DNA of 40,733 bases, taken from the IMG/VR virus record IMGVR_UViG_3300045988_138709. The stretch is one strand, 5' to 3'. Positions 17,079 through 27,516 of the stretch are shown here, piece after piece. Position numbers and translations under genes: made by a program. The stretch's first letter is position 1. Each line of letters begins with the position of its first letter. The stretch is from a virus (lineage: Duplodnaviria; Heunggongvirae; Uroviricota; Caudoviricetes). Under the pieces are notes generated by a model. That model was not told where the DNA came from. It was given only the letters and a program-made list of their open reading frames with translations, and ran no database searches.

Positions 17079-17429
17079 ATGCCTCCTCGAACCCCAAAAG
17101 CCTGCCGCGTTCGCGGCTGCCCCCATACCACCACTGACTCGTCAGGCTATTGCGAAAGGCACAAAAGCGAAGGCTGGAAGCAATACAAGCCAGGCCAGTC
17201 CCGTCATCAGCGCGGTTATGGTTCGAAGTGGGACAGTATCCGCGCGCGCGTCCTGAAGCGTGACAAAGGTTTATGTCAGTTATGTCTGCGTGCCGGTGTG
17301 GTGCGTGAAGCTAAAACCGTTGACCACATCATCCCTAAAGCGCATGGCGGCACCGATGCAGACAGTAATCTGCAGAGCCTGTGCTGGCCGTGCCATAAGA
17401 CGAAGACGGCCCGTGAACGGCTAAAGTGA
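17079..17429 (+). CDS. HNH endonuclease (terminase-associated)
   Basis: 116 aa; Cys clusters and ...DHIIPKAHGGTDADSNLQSLCWPCHKTK...; immediately upstream of small terminase. Confidence 0.85.
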   Translation: MPPRTPKACRVRGCPHTTTDSSGYCERHKSEGWKQYKPGQSRHQRGYGSKWDSIRARVLKRDKGLCQLCLRAGVVREAKTVDHIIPKAHGGTDADSNLQSLCWPCHKTKTARERLK

Positions 17430-17454
17430 TAATAATTCTCAACTGCCTGAGGGG

Positions 17455-17517
17455 AGGGGCGGGTCAAATCCCTGTGGCCTGACGTCTTCCGGACTGCCCG
17501 CCCCATCGTTTTTTTAT
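17455..17517 (+). other. GC-rich stem-loop plus T-run between HNH and terS: terminator and/or cos region
   Basis: GGGGCGGG ... GCCCGCCCC arms around a ~32-nt loop, followed by TTTTTTT. Location matches where HNH-type cos phages carry cos (recall). Confidence 0.35.
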
Positions 17518-17554
17518 ACCCGCGAAAAATGAAATTTAACCAGGAGTGCCGCAT

Positions 17555-18049
17555 ATGGCTGGAACGGCGGGGCGTTCCGGGCGTCGCCCCAAGCCAACGG
17601 CGCGCAAGGCGCTGGCCGGAAACCCCGGCAAGCGAGCCCTGAATAAAGATGAACCTGTTTTTACGCCCATCAAAGGTGTTGAGCCACCGGAGTGGTTCGC
17701 TGAAGAAGATCTCCCTCTCGCTACGATCATGTGGCAACTGACAACTAAAGAACTCTGCGGTCAGGGCCTGCTGTGCGTGACTGACCTCGCGGTGCTTGAG
17801 CGGTGGTGCGTGGCCTACGAGTTCTGGCGACGTGCCGTGAAAAATATTGCCAGACAGGGCAACACCATCACCGGTGCAATGGGCGGTATGGTCAAAAATC
17901 CGGAGCTGACCGCCAAAAAAGAACAGGAGTCCGAGATGAGCAGTACGGGGGCAATGCTCGGACTCGACCCCAGCAGCCGCCAGCGTCTGATTGGCCTGGC
18001 GGGGAAGAAGAAAGCCACTAACCCGTTTCTGAAAATCATCGAATCATGA
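17555..18049 (+). CDS. Terminase small subunit (P27-type)
   Basis: Start at ATG ([15 protein letters not shown]...) with CAGGAG RBS; basic N-terminus; overlaps terL start. Confidence 0.8.
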   Translation: MAGTAGRSGRRPKPTARKALAGNPGKRALNKDEPVFTPIKGVEPPEWFAEEDLPLATIMWQLTTKELCGQGLLCVTDLAVLERWCVAYEFWRRAVKNIARQGNTITGAMGGMVKNPELTAKKEQESEMSSTGAMLGLDPSSRQRLIGLAGKKKATNPFLKIIES

Positions 18050-19779
18050 GCCGGAAATCTTACCCCAACGTAAATGCTGCCAATCAGTATGCCCGTGATG
18101 TCGTGCGCGGAAAGATTGTGGCCTGCCAGTTTGTGATTCAGGCCTGCCAGCGCCATCTTGATGACCTGATGGCGGAAAAAAGTAAGTCGTTTCGTTACCG
18201 CTTCGACAAGGACCTGGCTGAACGGGCCGCCAAATTTATTCAGCTGTTGCCACACACCAAGGGTGAGTGGGCATTCAAACGGATGCCCATCACGCTGGAG
18301 CCGTGGCAGCTCTTTGTGATCTGCTGTGCGTTTGGCTGGGTCAATAAAGGCACCCGGTTGCGTCGCTTCCGTGAGGTGTATACCGAAATCCCCCGTAAGA
18401 ACGGCAAATCGGCAATCTCTGCCGGTGTTGCCCTGTATTGTTTTGCCTGTGATAACGAGTTCGGTGCGGAAGTGTATTCCGGTGCCACGACGGAGAAACA
18501 GGCATGGGAAGTCTTTCGCCCGGCACGACTGATGTGTAAACGCACACCCATGCTGACGGAAGCGTTCGGGATTGAGGTTAACGCCTCAAACATGAACCGT
18601 CCGGAGGATGGCGCGCGGTTTGAACCGCTGATTGGTAACCCCGGTGATGGTTCATCCCCCCACTGTGCGGTGGTGGATGAATATCACGAGCACGCCACCG
18701 ATGCGCTTTACACCACGATGCTTACCGGGATGGGGGCGCGACGTCAGCCACTGATGTGGGCCATTACTACTGCCGGGTACAACATTGAGGGGCCGTGCTA
18801 CGACAAGCGGCGGGAAGTTATCGAGATGCTCAACGGGTCGGTACCCAACGATGAACTGTTCGGGATCATCTATACCGTTGACGAAGGCGATGACTGGACC
18901 GACCCGCAGGTGCTGGAAAAAGCCAATCCAAATATTGGCGTGTCGGTTTATCGCGAATTTTTGTTAAGTCAGCAGCAGCGTGCGAAAAATAACGCCCGTC
19001 TGGCAAACGTCTTTAAAACAAAACACCTCAATATCTGGGTGTCGGCGCGTTCGGCGTATTTCAACCTGGTGAGCTGGCAGAGCTGCGAGGATAAATCACT
19101 GACCCTTGAGCAGTTCGAGGGGCAGCCGTGCATTCTGGCCTTTGACCTGGCGCGTAAGCTGGATATGAACAGTATGGCGCGACTTTATACCCGCGAGATT
19201 GACGGTAAAACGCATTACTACAGTGTGGCTCCGCGCTTCTGGGTACCGTATGACACGGTGTACAGCGTCGAGAAAAATGAAGATCGCCGGACAGCCGAAC
19301 GCTTTCAGAAATGGGTGGAAATGGGCGTTCTGACCGTTACCGATGGTGCAGAGGTGGATTATCGCTACATCCTCGAAGAGGCCAAAGCGGCGAACAAAAT
19401 CAGCCCGGTCAGCGAGTCACCCATCGACCCCTTCGGGGCGACCGGGCTCTCACATGACCTTGCTGATGAAGACCTGAACCCCGTCACTATCGTCCAGAAC
19501 TTCACCAATATGTCCGATCCGATGAAAGAGCTGGAAGCAGCGATTGAATCGGGACGTTTTCATCATGACGGCAATCCCATCATGACCTGGTGTATCGGCA
19601 ACGTGGTCGGCAAAACCATTCCGGGTAACGATGATGTGGTGAAGCCCGTCAAAGAGCAGGCGGAAAACAAAATCGATGGTGCAGTTGCGCTGATTATGGC
19701 GGTTGGCAGAGCCATGCTGTACGAGAAAGAAGACACGTTGTCTGACCACATTGAGTCCTATGGGATCCGCTCGCTTTAA
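18046..19779 (+). CDS. Terminase large subunit
   Basis: 577 aa; ATPase Walker A-like (...[12 protein letters not shown]...), Walker B (...CAVVDEYHE...) and C-terminal nuclease acidic residues. Confidence 0.9.
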
Positions 19780-19790
19780 CTGAGGTAATT

Positions 19791-19973
19791 ATGATCATGC
19801 TGATTCTCGCGCCTCTGGTGGGCGTGCTGGGGGCGCTTTTGCTGGCGTATGGTGCCTGGCTGATTTATCCCCCGGCGGGGTTTGTTGTTGCCGGGGCGTT
19901 GTGCCTGTTCTGGTCGTGGCTGGTGGCGCGATATCTTGACCGTACACAGTCGTCTGTCGGCGGAGGTAAATAG
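19791..19973 (+). CDS. Small membrane protein
   Basis: 60-aa ORF with GAGGT RBS and two hydrophobic helices; stop overlaps the portal GTG start. Confidence 0.45.
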
Positions 19974-21214
19974 TGTTCTTTTCGGGATTATTTCAACGAA
20001 AAAGTGACGCACCGATGACCACGCCAGCAGAGCTGGCGGATGCTATCGGGTTGTCCTACGACACCTATACCGGAAAGCAGATCAGCAGCCAGCGGGCCAT
20101 GCGACTGACGGCGGTTTTTTCCTGTGTCAGGGTGCTGGCGGAGTCGGTCGGGATGTTGCCCTGCAACCTGTATCACCTGAACGGCAGCCTGAAGCAGAGA
20201 GCCACTGGCGAACGTCTGCATAAGCTGATCTCCACGCATCCCAATGGCTATATGACGCCGCAGGAGTTCTGGGAGCTGGTGGTCACCTGTCTGTGCCTGC
20301 GGGGAAACTTTTACGCCTACAAAGTGAAAGCATTTGGCGAAGTGGCTGAACTGCTGCCCGTCGATCCCGGCTGTGTGGTACCGAAGCTTAACAGTAGCTG
20401 GGAGCCGGTCTATCAGATCACATTCCCGGATGGCTCCTCGGATGTACTGAGCCAGGAGGATATCTGGCATGTGCGCACGCTGACGCTGGACGGACTGGTG
20501 GGGCTGAATCCCATCGCCTATGCCCGCGAGGCAATATCGCTGGCGGCAGCGACCGAAGAGCACGGGGCCAGACTGTTCAGCAATGGCGCGGTGACGTCGG
20601 GTGTGTTGCGTACAGAGCAGACGCTGTCAGATCAGGCTTATGAGCGCCTGAAGAAAGATTTTGAGGAGCGTCACACCGGGCTTGGCAATGCTCACCGCCC
20701 GATGATCCTTGAGATGGGGCTGGACTGGAAGTCGATGGCGCTGAACGCCGAGGACAGCCAGTTCCTGGAAACCCGCAAGTTTCAGCTTGAAGAAATCTGT
20801 CGTCTGTTCCGGGTACCGTTGCACATGGTGCAGAACACCGATCGCGCCACCTTCAACAATATCGAAGAACTGGGGCTCGGATTTATCAACTATTCACTGG
20901 TGCCGTATCTGACCCGCATCGAACAGCGGATCAACACCGGACTGGTACGAAAAAGTAAGCAGGGCGTTTATTACGCCAAATTTAACGCCGGGGCGTTACT
21001 GCGCGGGGATATGAAGTCCCGTTTTGAAGCCTACGCCACCGGGATTAACTGGGGAATTTACTCTCCCAATGACTGCCGCGACCTGGAAGATATGAATCCG
21101 CGTCCCGGTGGTGATGTCTATCTCACACCGATGAACATGACCACGAAACCCTCCGATGGCAGTAAGGCCGGTAAGCAGAAGGATAACGCCAATGCAGACG
21201 AAACAACGTCTTGA
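19973..21214 (+). CDS. Portal protein (HK97 family)
   Basis: 413 aa; GTG start with GGAGG RBS (alternative ATG at about 20015); position after terminase and before protease. Confidence 0.85.
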   Translation: MFFSGLFQRKSDAPMTTPAELADAIGLSYDTYTGKQISSQRAMRLTAVFSCVRVLAESVGMLPCNLYHLNGSLKQRATGERLHKLISTHPNGYMTPQEFWELVVTCLCLRGNFYAYKVKAFGEVAELLPVDPGCVVPKLNSSWEPVYQITFPDGSSDVLSQEDIWHVRTLTLDGLVGLNPIAYAREAISLAAATEEHGARLFSNGAVTSGVLRTEQTLSDQAYERLKKDFEERHTGLGNAHRPMILEMGLDWKSMALNAEDSQFLETRKFQLEEICRLFRVPLHMVQNTDRATFNNIEELGLGFINYSLVPYLTRIEQRINTGLVRKSKQGVYYAKFNAGALLRGDMKSRFEAYATGINWGIYSPNDCRDLEDMNPRPGGDVYLTPMNMTTKPSDGSKAGKQKDNANADETTS

Positions 21215-21842
21215 TGTACCGCTGAGTCTGAAATCTGTCAGTGACTCCGGTGAGTTTGAAGGGTATGGCTCCGTCTTTGGTGTAAAGGACAGCCACGATG
21301 ATGTGGTGATGTCCGGGGCATTTGCTGCTTCCCTGCGGGCGTGGAGTGACAGAAAAGCGTTACCTGCGCTGCTCTGGCAGCACCGCATGGATGAACCCAT
21401 CGGTGTTTACACCGAAATGAAGGAAGACGATGTCGGGCTTTACGTCAGGGGACGGTTGCTTATTGATGATGATCCCCTGGCAAAACGCGCACATGCACAC
21501 ATGAAGGCCGGTTCGTTAACCGGCCTTTCTATTGGGTACGTCCTGAAAGACTGGGAATACGACCGGACGAAAGAAGCCTTTTTGCTGAAAGAAATCGACC
21601 TCTGGGAAGTCAGTCTGGTGACGTTTCCGTCTAACGACGAGGCGCGGATCAGCGACGTCAAGAACGCGCTGGCCCGCGGGGAAATCCCTGAACAGAAAAA
21701 AATCGAAAGAGTCCTGCGTGATGTCGGACTCTCCCGTACCCAGGCCAAAGCATTCATGGCCGGGGGCTATGGCGCACTGTCCCTGCGCGACGCTGAGGAT
21801 GTGGGCTCTGCACTGAATGCACTGAAAAATCTGAACTTCTAA
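21192..21842 (+). CDS. Prohead protease (HK97-type)
   Basis: Start at ATG (MQTKQRLDVPL...); ...FEGYGSVFGVKDSHDDVV... consistent with prohead protease family; overlaps portal 3' end. Confidence 0.8.
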   Translation: MQTKQRLDVPLSLKSVSDSGEFEGYGSVFGVKDSHDDVVMSGAFAASLRAWSDRKALPALLWQHRMDEPIGVYTEMKEDDVGLYVRGRLLIDDDPLAKRAHAHMKAGSLTGLSIGYVLKDWEYDRTKEAFLLKEIDLWEVSLVTFPSNDEARISDVKNALARGEIPEQKKIERVLRDVGLSRTQAKAFMAGGYGALSLRDAEDVGSALNALKNLNF

Positions 21843-21856
21843 TCAGGAGAAATACG

Positions 21857-23062
21857 ATGGCGGTTGATATTAAAGATGTGGAACAGGTCGCGCAGGAGCT
21901 GCAGCAGAAGTTTGACGACTTCAAGGCAAAGAACGACAAGCGCGTGGATGCGATTGAGCAGGAAAAAGGCAAACTTGCCGGGCAGGTGGAAACCCTGAAC
22001 GGGAAACTCAGCGAGCTGGAAAATCTCAAAAGCGACCTTGAAAAAGAGCTGCTTGAGCTGAAACGTCCGGCAGGTGGTGTGCAAAATAAACTGGCCACTG
22101 AGCATAAAGAAGCGTTTGTGGGCTTTCTGCGTAAAGGCCGTGAAGACGGTCTGCGCGATCTGGAGCGCAAGGCATTACAGGTGGGCACCGATGAAGACGG
22201 TGGCTATGCCGTGCCGGAAGCACTGGATCGCAACATTCTCACCCTGCTGAAAGATGAAGTGGTGATGCGCCAGGAAGCCACGGTGATCACTGTTGGCGGT
22301 TCCGACTACAAAAAACTGGTGAATCTGGGCGGCACGGCTTCCGGATGGGTGGGCGAGACTGACGCGCGCTCCCAGACTGCCACCTCAAAACTGGGGCTGA
22401 TTGAACCTTTCATGGGGGAAATCTACGGTAACCCGCAGGCCACTCAGAAAATGCTGGATGATGCCTTCTTCAACGTGGAGGCCTGGATCAACAGCGAGCT
22501 GGCGACCGAATTTGCTGAACAGGAAGAAATTGCCTTTACCACCGGTGATGGCACCAAGAAGCCAAAAGGGTTCCTGGCGTATGAATCCACCGATGAAACC
22601 GATAAGGTTCGTGCGTTCGGTAAACTTCAGCATATTGTATCCGGTGAAGCGACGACGGTGACCGCAGACGCCATTATCAAACTGATTTACACGCTGCGTA
22701 AGGCACACCGCACTGGCGCGAAGTTCATGATGAACAACAACAGCCTGTTTGCCATCCGTCTGTTGAAAGACACCGAGGGTAACTATCTGTGGCGTCCGGG
22801 GCTGGAGCTGGGGCAACCGTCCTCTCTGGCGGGTTACGGTATCGCTGAAAACGAACAGATGCCGGATATCGCCGCTGATGCGAAAGCTATTGCATTTGGT
22901 AACTTCAAGCGGGGTTACACCATCGTTGACCGTATCGGTACCCGCATTCTGCGTGATCCGTACACCAATAAACCATTTGTCGGTTTTTATACCACCAAGC
23001 GCACCGGCGGCATGCTGGTCGATTCGCAGGCCATCAAACTGCTGAAGATTGCAGCGGCGTAA
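21857..23062 (+). CDS. Major capsid protein (HK97 fold, with N-terminal coiled-coil delta domain)
   Basis: 401 aa; AGGAGA RBS; coiled-coil N-terminus then capsid domain; follows protease. Confidence 0.9.
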   Translation: MAVDIKDVEQVAQELQQKFDDFKAKNDKRVDAIEQEKGKLAGQVETLNGKLSELENLKSDLEKELLELKRPAGGVQNKLATEHKEAFVGFLRKGREDGLRDLERKALQVGTDEDGGYAVPEALDRNILTLLKDEVVMRQEATVITVGGSDYKKLVNLGGTASGWVGETDARSQTATSKLGLIEPFMGEIYGNPQATQKMLDDAFFNVEAWINSELATEFAEQEEIAFTTGDGTKKPKGFLAYESTDETDKVRAFGKLQHIVSGEATTVTADAIIKLIYTLRKAHRTGAKFMMNNNSLFAIRLLKDTEGNYLWRPGLELGQPSSLAGYGIAENEQMPDIAADAKAIAFGNFKRGYTIVDRIGTRILRDPYTNKPFVGFYTTKRTGGMLVDSQAIKLLKIAAA

Positions 23063-23111
23063 TCATTCATGGGCGCGGAACCGCGCCCCCTGTTCTGACG
23101 GGTGAAGAATC

Positions 23112-23312
23112 ATGATCCTGAAACAAGATCTGAAATGGTCACCGGACGGTATGCGTGTTGAGGTCATTCGGGCCGGTGAGTATGACGACGGGGCGCTTCC
23201 TGCCCGTGTGCAGGAGATTGCACTTCAGGCCGGGTTAGCAGAGCGCGGAATCAGTGCAAAAAGCAGTAAAGCGGCAAAAGAGAAAAAAGCCACGACCAGT
23301 AAAGAGGGCTGA
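23112..23312 (+). CDS. Small hypothetical head-region protein
   Basis: 66-aa ORF between capsid and connector; Lys/Ala-rich C-terminus. Confidence 0.4.
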   Translation: MILKQDLKWSPDGMRVEVIRAGEYDDGALPARVQEIALQAGLAERGISAKSSKAAKEKKATTSKEG

Positions 23313-23314
23313 GC

Positions 23315-23638
23315 ATGCTTCTGACAATGGAAGAGATTAAAGCCCAACTCCGGCTGGATGAGGATTTCGATACTGATGACCGCCATCTGCAACTGCTGGC
23401 CTGTGCGGCACAAAAGCGGACGGAAACGTATCTGAACCGGAAGCTCTATGCACCGCATGAAACCATTCCGGACAGCGATCCGGACGGGCTGCACCTGCCG
23501 GATGATATTCGTCTGGGGATGCTGATGCTTATCAGCCATTTTTACGAAAACCGCTCGTCGGTTACGGAAGTGGAGAAACTCGACATGCCGCAGAGTTTTG
23601 GCTGGCTTGTCGGCCCGTACAGGTACTTTCCGCAATGA
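23315..23638 (+). CDS. Head-tail connector (gp6-like)
   Basis: 107 aa; position and size; ...LRLDEDFDTDD...LIS... pattern of gp6-like connector proteins (recall). Confidence 0.65.
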   Translation: MLLTMEEIKAQLRLDEDFDTDDRHLQLLACAAQKRTETYLNRKLYAPHETIPDSDPDGLHLPDDIRLGMLMLISHFYENRSSVTEVEKLDMPQSFGWLVGPYRYFPQ

Positions 23639-24045
23639 AAATTCGTCAGGCGCAGACCAGCGCAACCTACATTCTGCCGGACCCCGGTGAACTGAATAAA
23701 CGCGTCCTGATCCGCCAGCGGGTGGATATGCCCGCGGATAACTTTGGCGTGGAGTCTCAATACCCGGTTACGTTCCGGACATGGGCGAAGGTTATCCAGA
23801 CCAGTGCCACCACCTGGCAGGAAACCGCGCAGACCGGGGACGCCATCACCCATTACATCACCATTCGCTACCGCCGGGGGATCACCGCTGATTATGAGGT
23901 GGTCTGCGGTGACAGTGTGTACCGGGTGAAACGTCAGCGCGATCTGAACGGGGCGCGGCGCTTTCTGCTGCTGGAGTGTACGGAACTGGGCGAATTTACG
24001 CAGAGTCACGGAGGCAGCAATGGCGACTTCCTTTTTTCACGTTGA
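23635..24045 (+). CDS. Head closure / head-tail adaptor protein
   Basis: 136-aa ORF, ATGA-coupled, synteny within head-tail joining genes. Confidence 0.55.
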   Translation: MKIRQAQTSATYILPDPGELNKRVLIRQRVDMPADNFGVESQYPVTFRTWAKVIQTSATTWQETAQTGDAITHYITIRYRRGITADYEVVCGDSVYRVKRQRDLNGARRFLLLECTELGEFTQSHGGSNGDFLFSR

Positions 24046-24526
24046 TTTTCAGCAGCCCGCGGAGATGCGCTTTAACCGCGCCCGTGTCCGGCGGGCGTTT
24101 GTCACGATTGGCCAGCGTCATATGCGTGATGCCCGTCGGCTGGTGATGCGCCGTGCGCGGTCGGCACCAGGTGAAAACCCCGGTTATCAGACCGGACGCC
24201 TGGCTCGTTCGATTGGTTACATGGTGCCGAGAGCCAGTAAAAAGCGAGCCGGTTTTATGACACGCATTGCCCCTAACCAGCGCAACGGGAGGGGGAACCG
24301 GATGATCTCTGGTGACTTCTATCCGGCGTTTCTGTTTTTTGGTGTCCGGGGAGGAGCAAAACGTCGTCGCAGTCATCATCGTGGTGCATCCGGTGGCAGC
24401 GGCTGGCGACTGGCTCCACGTAATAACTTCATGGTGGAAACTCTTGAAAAGAACCGCAGCTGGACACGCTATTTTCTGGCGCGGGAATTGCGTAAATCAC
24501 TGAAGCCGGAGCGACGACACAGATGA
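24020..24526 (+). CDS. HK97 gp10-like tail-component protein
   Basis: 168 aa, basic; ...PGENPGYQTGRLARSIGY... resembles the gp10 family (recall). Confidence 0.55.
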   Translation: MATSFFHVDFQQPAEMRFNRARVRRAFVTIGQRHMRDARRLVMRRARSAPGENPGYQTGRLARSIGYMVPRASKKRAGFMTRIAPNQRNGRGNRMISGDFYPAFLFFGVRGGAKRRRSHHRGASGGSGWRLAPRNNFMVETLEKNRSWTRYFLARELRKSLKPERRHR

Positions 24527-25083
24527 AACTGACGCCTGTTATTGCTGCGCTGCGTGCCCGCTGCCCGTATTTTGAAAACCGGGTGGCAGGCGCGGCACAG
24601 TTCAAAAATCTGCCGGAGGTCGGAAAGCTGAGACTCCCGGCGGCGTATGTGGTACCGGGGGATGATTCTCCGGGAGAAAACAAAAGCCAGACCGACTACT
24701 GGCAGGAGCTGAAAGAGGGCTTCTCCGTGGTTGTCATACTGAGTAACGGGCGTGATGAGCGCGGTCAGTTTGCTTCGTATGATGTGGTGGACGATGTCCG
24801 GCAGATGCTCTTTAAGGCCCTGCTGGGCTGGAACCCGGAAGAGTGCGGTAACCCGATTAACTATGACGGCGGCACGCTGCTGGATCTGAATCGTCATGAG
24901 CTGATTTATCAGTTCGATTTTTCGATCATCAGCGAGCTGACTGAAGACGATACCCGCCAGCAGGATGACCTGAACAGTCTGGATGAACTGCGAACGCTGG
25001 CGATTGATGTTGATTATCTCGATCCCGGTAACGGGCCTGACGGCGATATCGAACATCACACCGAAATAACCCTTCCTTCCTGA
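24523..25083 (+). CDS. Tail completion / virion morphogenesis protein
   Basis: 186-aa ORF, ATGA-coupled, immediately upstream of the sheath gene. Confidence 0.55.
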   Translation: MKLTPVIAALRARCPYFENRVAGAAQFKNLPEVGKLRLPAAYVVPGDDSPGENKSQTDYWQELKEGFSVVVILSNGRDERGQFASYDVVDDVRQMLFKALLGWNPEECGNPINYDGGTLLDLNRHELIYQFDFSIISELTEDDTRQQDDLNSLDELRTLAIDVDYLDPGNGPDGDIEHHTEITLPS

Positions 25084-25245
25084 GAATCTTCATGTTTGTG
25101 AAACCTGTTAAAGGGCGGTCAGTGCCTGACCCTGCCCGCGGTGACCTTTTGCCCGCCGAAGGGCGAAATGTTGACGAGAACAACTACTGGCTGCGCCGTG
25201 AAGCAGCGGGTGATATCCGGCGCGTGAATAAAAAGGTGAACACCG

Positions 25246-26742
25246 ATGACGATAAGCTTTAACACCATTCCGTCGAATACGCTGGTTCCGCTGTTTTATG
25301 CGGAAATGGATAACCAGGCGGCGAATACTGCACAGGACAGCGGAGCATCGCTGCTGATTGGTCATGCCAATAACGGTGCAGAGATTGTTGCCAACAGTCT
25401 GGTGCTGATGCCGTCGGCAGACTATGCACGCCAGATTTGTGGTGCGGGAAGTCAGTTGGCGCGTATGGTCGAGGCTTATCGCCAGACCGACCCGTTTGGT
25501 GAGCTGTATGTGATTGCCGTTCCGGAAGCCACAGGCGCGGCGGCAACGGTTACGCTGACGGTGACCGGGGAAGCAACCGAAAGCGGCACGGTGAATGTCT
25601 ATGTGGGACGTACCCGCGTGCAGGCTCCGGTGACCAACGGCGATAACGTCACGACGATTGCCAGCAGTATCAAAGATGCCATCAATGCCGTTCCGACTCT
25701 GCCGTTTACAGCTTCATCTTCGGCTGGTGTTGTCACGCTGACCGCGCGTCATAAGGGGCTTTGCGGGAATGAAATTCCTGTCAGCCTCAATTACTACGGC
25801 TTCGGTGGGGGCGAAGTACTGCCAGCGGGCGTACAGATTGCCGTGGCGACGGGGACCGCCGGAACGGGCGCTCCGGTTCTCACCGGCGCGGTGGCTGCAA
25901 TGGCGGATGAGCCGTTTGATTATATCGGTCTGCCGTTCAACGACACGGCCTCCGTTAACACGCTGGTGACCGAGATGAACGATACCAGCGGTCGCTGGAG
26001 CTATGCGCGTCAGCTGTATGGTCATGTGTATACGGCAAAGACCGGCACACTGTCAGAACTGGTGAACGCAGGTGACCAGTTTAACCAGCAGCACATCACC
26101 CTGGCGGGGTACGAAAAAGAGACCCAGACGCCTGCCGACGAGCTGGCGGCAAGCCGTACCGCCCGCGCAGCGGTGTTTATCCGCAACGATCCGGCACGTC
26201 CCACGCAGACCGGTGAGCTGGTGGGTATGTTGCCTGCGCCGAAGGGGAAACGGTTCACGATGACCGAGCAGCAGACCCTGCTGTCTCATGGCGTGGCAAC
26301 GGCGTATGTCGAAAGCGGGGTGCTGCGCATTCAGCGTGATGTCACCACGTACAGGAAAAACGCTTACGGGGTTGCGGATAACAGCTACCTAGACAGCGAG
26401 ACGCTGCATACCAGTGCGTATGTACTGCGCAAACTGAAATCCGTCATTACCAGTAAGTACGGGCGTCACAAGCTTGCCAGCGACGGTACCCGCTTTGGTC
26501 CCGGTCAGGCGATTGTCACCCCGGCGGTAATCAAAGGGGAACTGCTGGCAACCTACCGTCAGCTTGAGCGTGCGGGGATCGTGGAAAACTACGAACTGTT
26601 TAAGCAGTACCTGGTTGTGGAGCGTGATGCCAGCGATCCGAACCGCCTGAACACGCTGTTCCCGCCTGACTATGTTAACCAGTTGCGTGTTTTTGCCGTG
26701 GTTAACCAGTTCCGTCTTCAGTATTCAGAGGAGTCTGCATAA
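25246..26742 (+). CDS. Contractile tail sheath protein (Mu gpL-like)
   Basis: 498 aa; size, position before the tube gene and general sheath-like composition; family from recall. Confidence 0.8.
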   Translation: MTISFNTIPSNTLVPLFYAEMDNQAANTAQDSGASLLIGHANNGAEIVANSLVLMPSADYARQICGAGSQLARMVEAYRQTDPFGELYVIAVPEATGAAATVTLTVTGEATESGTVNVYVGRTRVQAPVTNGDNVTTIASSIKDAINAVPTLPFTASSSAGVVTLTARHKGLCGNEIPVSLNYYGFGGGEVLPAGVQIAVATGTAGTGAPVLTGAVAAMADEPFDYIGLPFNDTASVNTLVTEMNDTSGRWSYARQLYGHVYTAKTGTLSELVNAGDQFNQQHITLAGYEKETQTPADELAASRTARAAVFIRNDPARPTQTGELVGMLPAPKGKRFTMTEQQTLLSHGVATAYVESGVLRIQRDVTTYRKNAYGVADNSYLDSETLHTSAYVLRKLKSVITSKYGRHKLASDGTRFGPGQAIVTPAVIKGELLATYRQLERAGIVENYELFKQYLVVERDASDPNRLNTLFPPDYVNQLRVFAVVNQFRLQYSEESA

Positions 26743-27098
26743 TGGCCCGTATCGGGGGAACCTGTTATTTCAAAATTGACGGTCAGCAGCTATCGCTGAC
26801 CGGCGGCATTGAGGTGCCCATGAACAGGACGGTCAATGATGACATCATCGGCCTGGACGGTTCAGTGGACCGCAAGGAAACTCACCGTGCGCCTTATGTC
26901 AAAGGGACCTTCAAGGTGCCGAAGAATTTTCCGGTGAGCAAAATCACCTCGTCTGATGAGATGACCATCACTGCCGAGCTGGCGAACGGTCAGGTCTATG
27001 TATTGTCGTCCGCCTGGCTGCACGGAGAAGCGAACCATAATGCCGAAGAAGGCACGGTTGATCTTGAGTTCCACGGTGAAGAAGGGGATTACCAGTAA
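26742..27098 (+). CDS. Tail tube protein (Mu gpM-like)
   Basis: 118 aa; start overlaps sheath stop; canonical sheath-tube-chaperone-tape-measure order. Confidence 0.8.
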   Translation: MARIGGTCYFKIDGQQLSLTGGIEVPMNRTVNDDIIGLDGSVDRKETHRAPYVKGTFKVPKNFPVSKITSSDEMTITAELANGQVYVLSSAWLHGEANHNAEEGTVDLEFHGEEGDYQ

Positions 27099-27367
27099 TG
27101 AAAGAGCTTGAGTTAAAGAAACCGATTATCGCTCATGGTGAGACACTCTCCGTACTGGAGTTTGATGAACCCACCGGGAAGGATGTCCGCGAGCTGGGGT
27201 ATCCCTACCAGATGAATCAGGATGAGTCCGTCAGACTTCTGGCGCATGTGGTGTCGAAATACATTGTGCGGCTGGCGAAAGTGCCGCAAAGCTCTGTCGA
27301 CCAGATGTCTCCGGCAGACCTGAATGCAGCGGCGTGGCTTGTGGCTGGTTTTTTCCTCCAGGCCTGA
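27098..27367 (+). CDS. Tail assembly chaperone (short form)
   Basis: 89 aa; ends just after a T_TTT_TTC slippery heptamer; located before the tape measure gene. Confidence 0.7.
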   Translation: MKELELKKPIIAHGETLSVLEFDEPTGKDVRELGYPYQMNQDESVRLLAHVVSKYIVRLAKVPQSSVDQMSPADLNAAAWLVAGFFLQA

Positions 27368-27516
27368 CGGCTGAATACCTCACTGATCGCTTCTTTGACT
27401 GCGCCAGCTACTGGCGCATTAATCCCTTCGAATTGCTGAATATGCCGATCAGTGAAATTCCCTTGCTGGTCAGTCAGGCAAACAGGATAGAGCAGGAGAA
27501 ACGCACACATGGCTGA
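27098..27516 (+). CDS. Tail assembly chaperone, long form via programmed -1 frameshift at about 27349-27355
   Basis: The -1 frame ORF (27334..27516) is open across the slippery site and ends overlapping the tape-measure start; conserved strategy in tailed phages. Confidence 0.6.

Noticed and set aside
17276-26289. Numerous antisense or out-of-frame ORFs inside terminase, portal, capsid and sheath genes (e.g. 17815..18255, 19988..20563, 21754..22188, 22385..22816, 23225..23665, 24469..25059, 25714..26025)
   Set aside because: All lie within long, motif-supported structural genes on the opposite strand or frame; typical GC-rich shadow ORFs.
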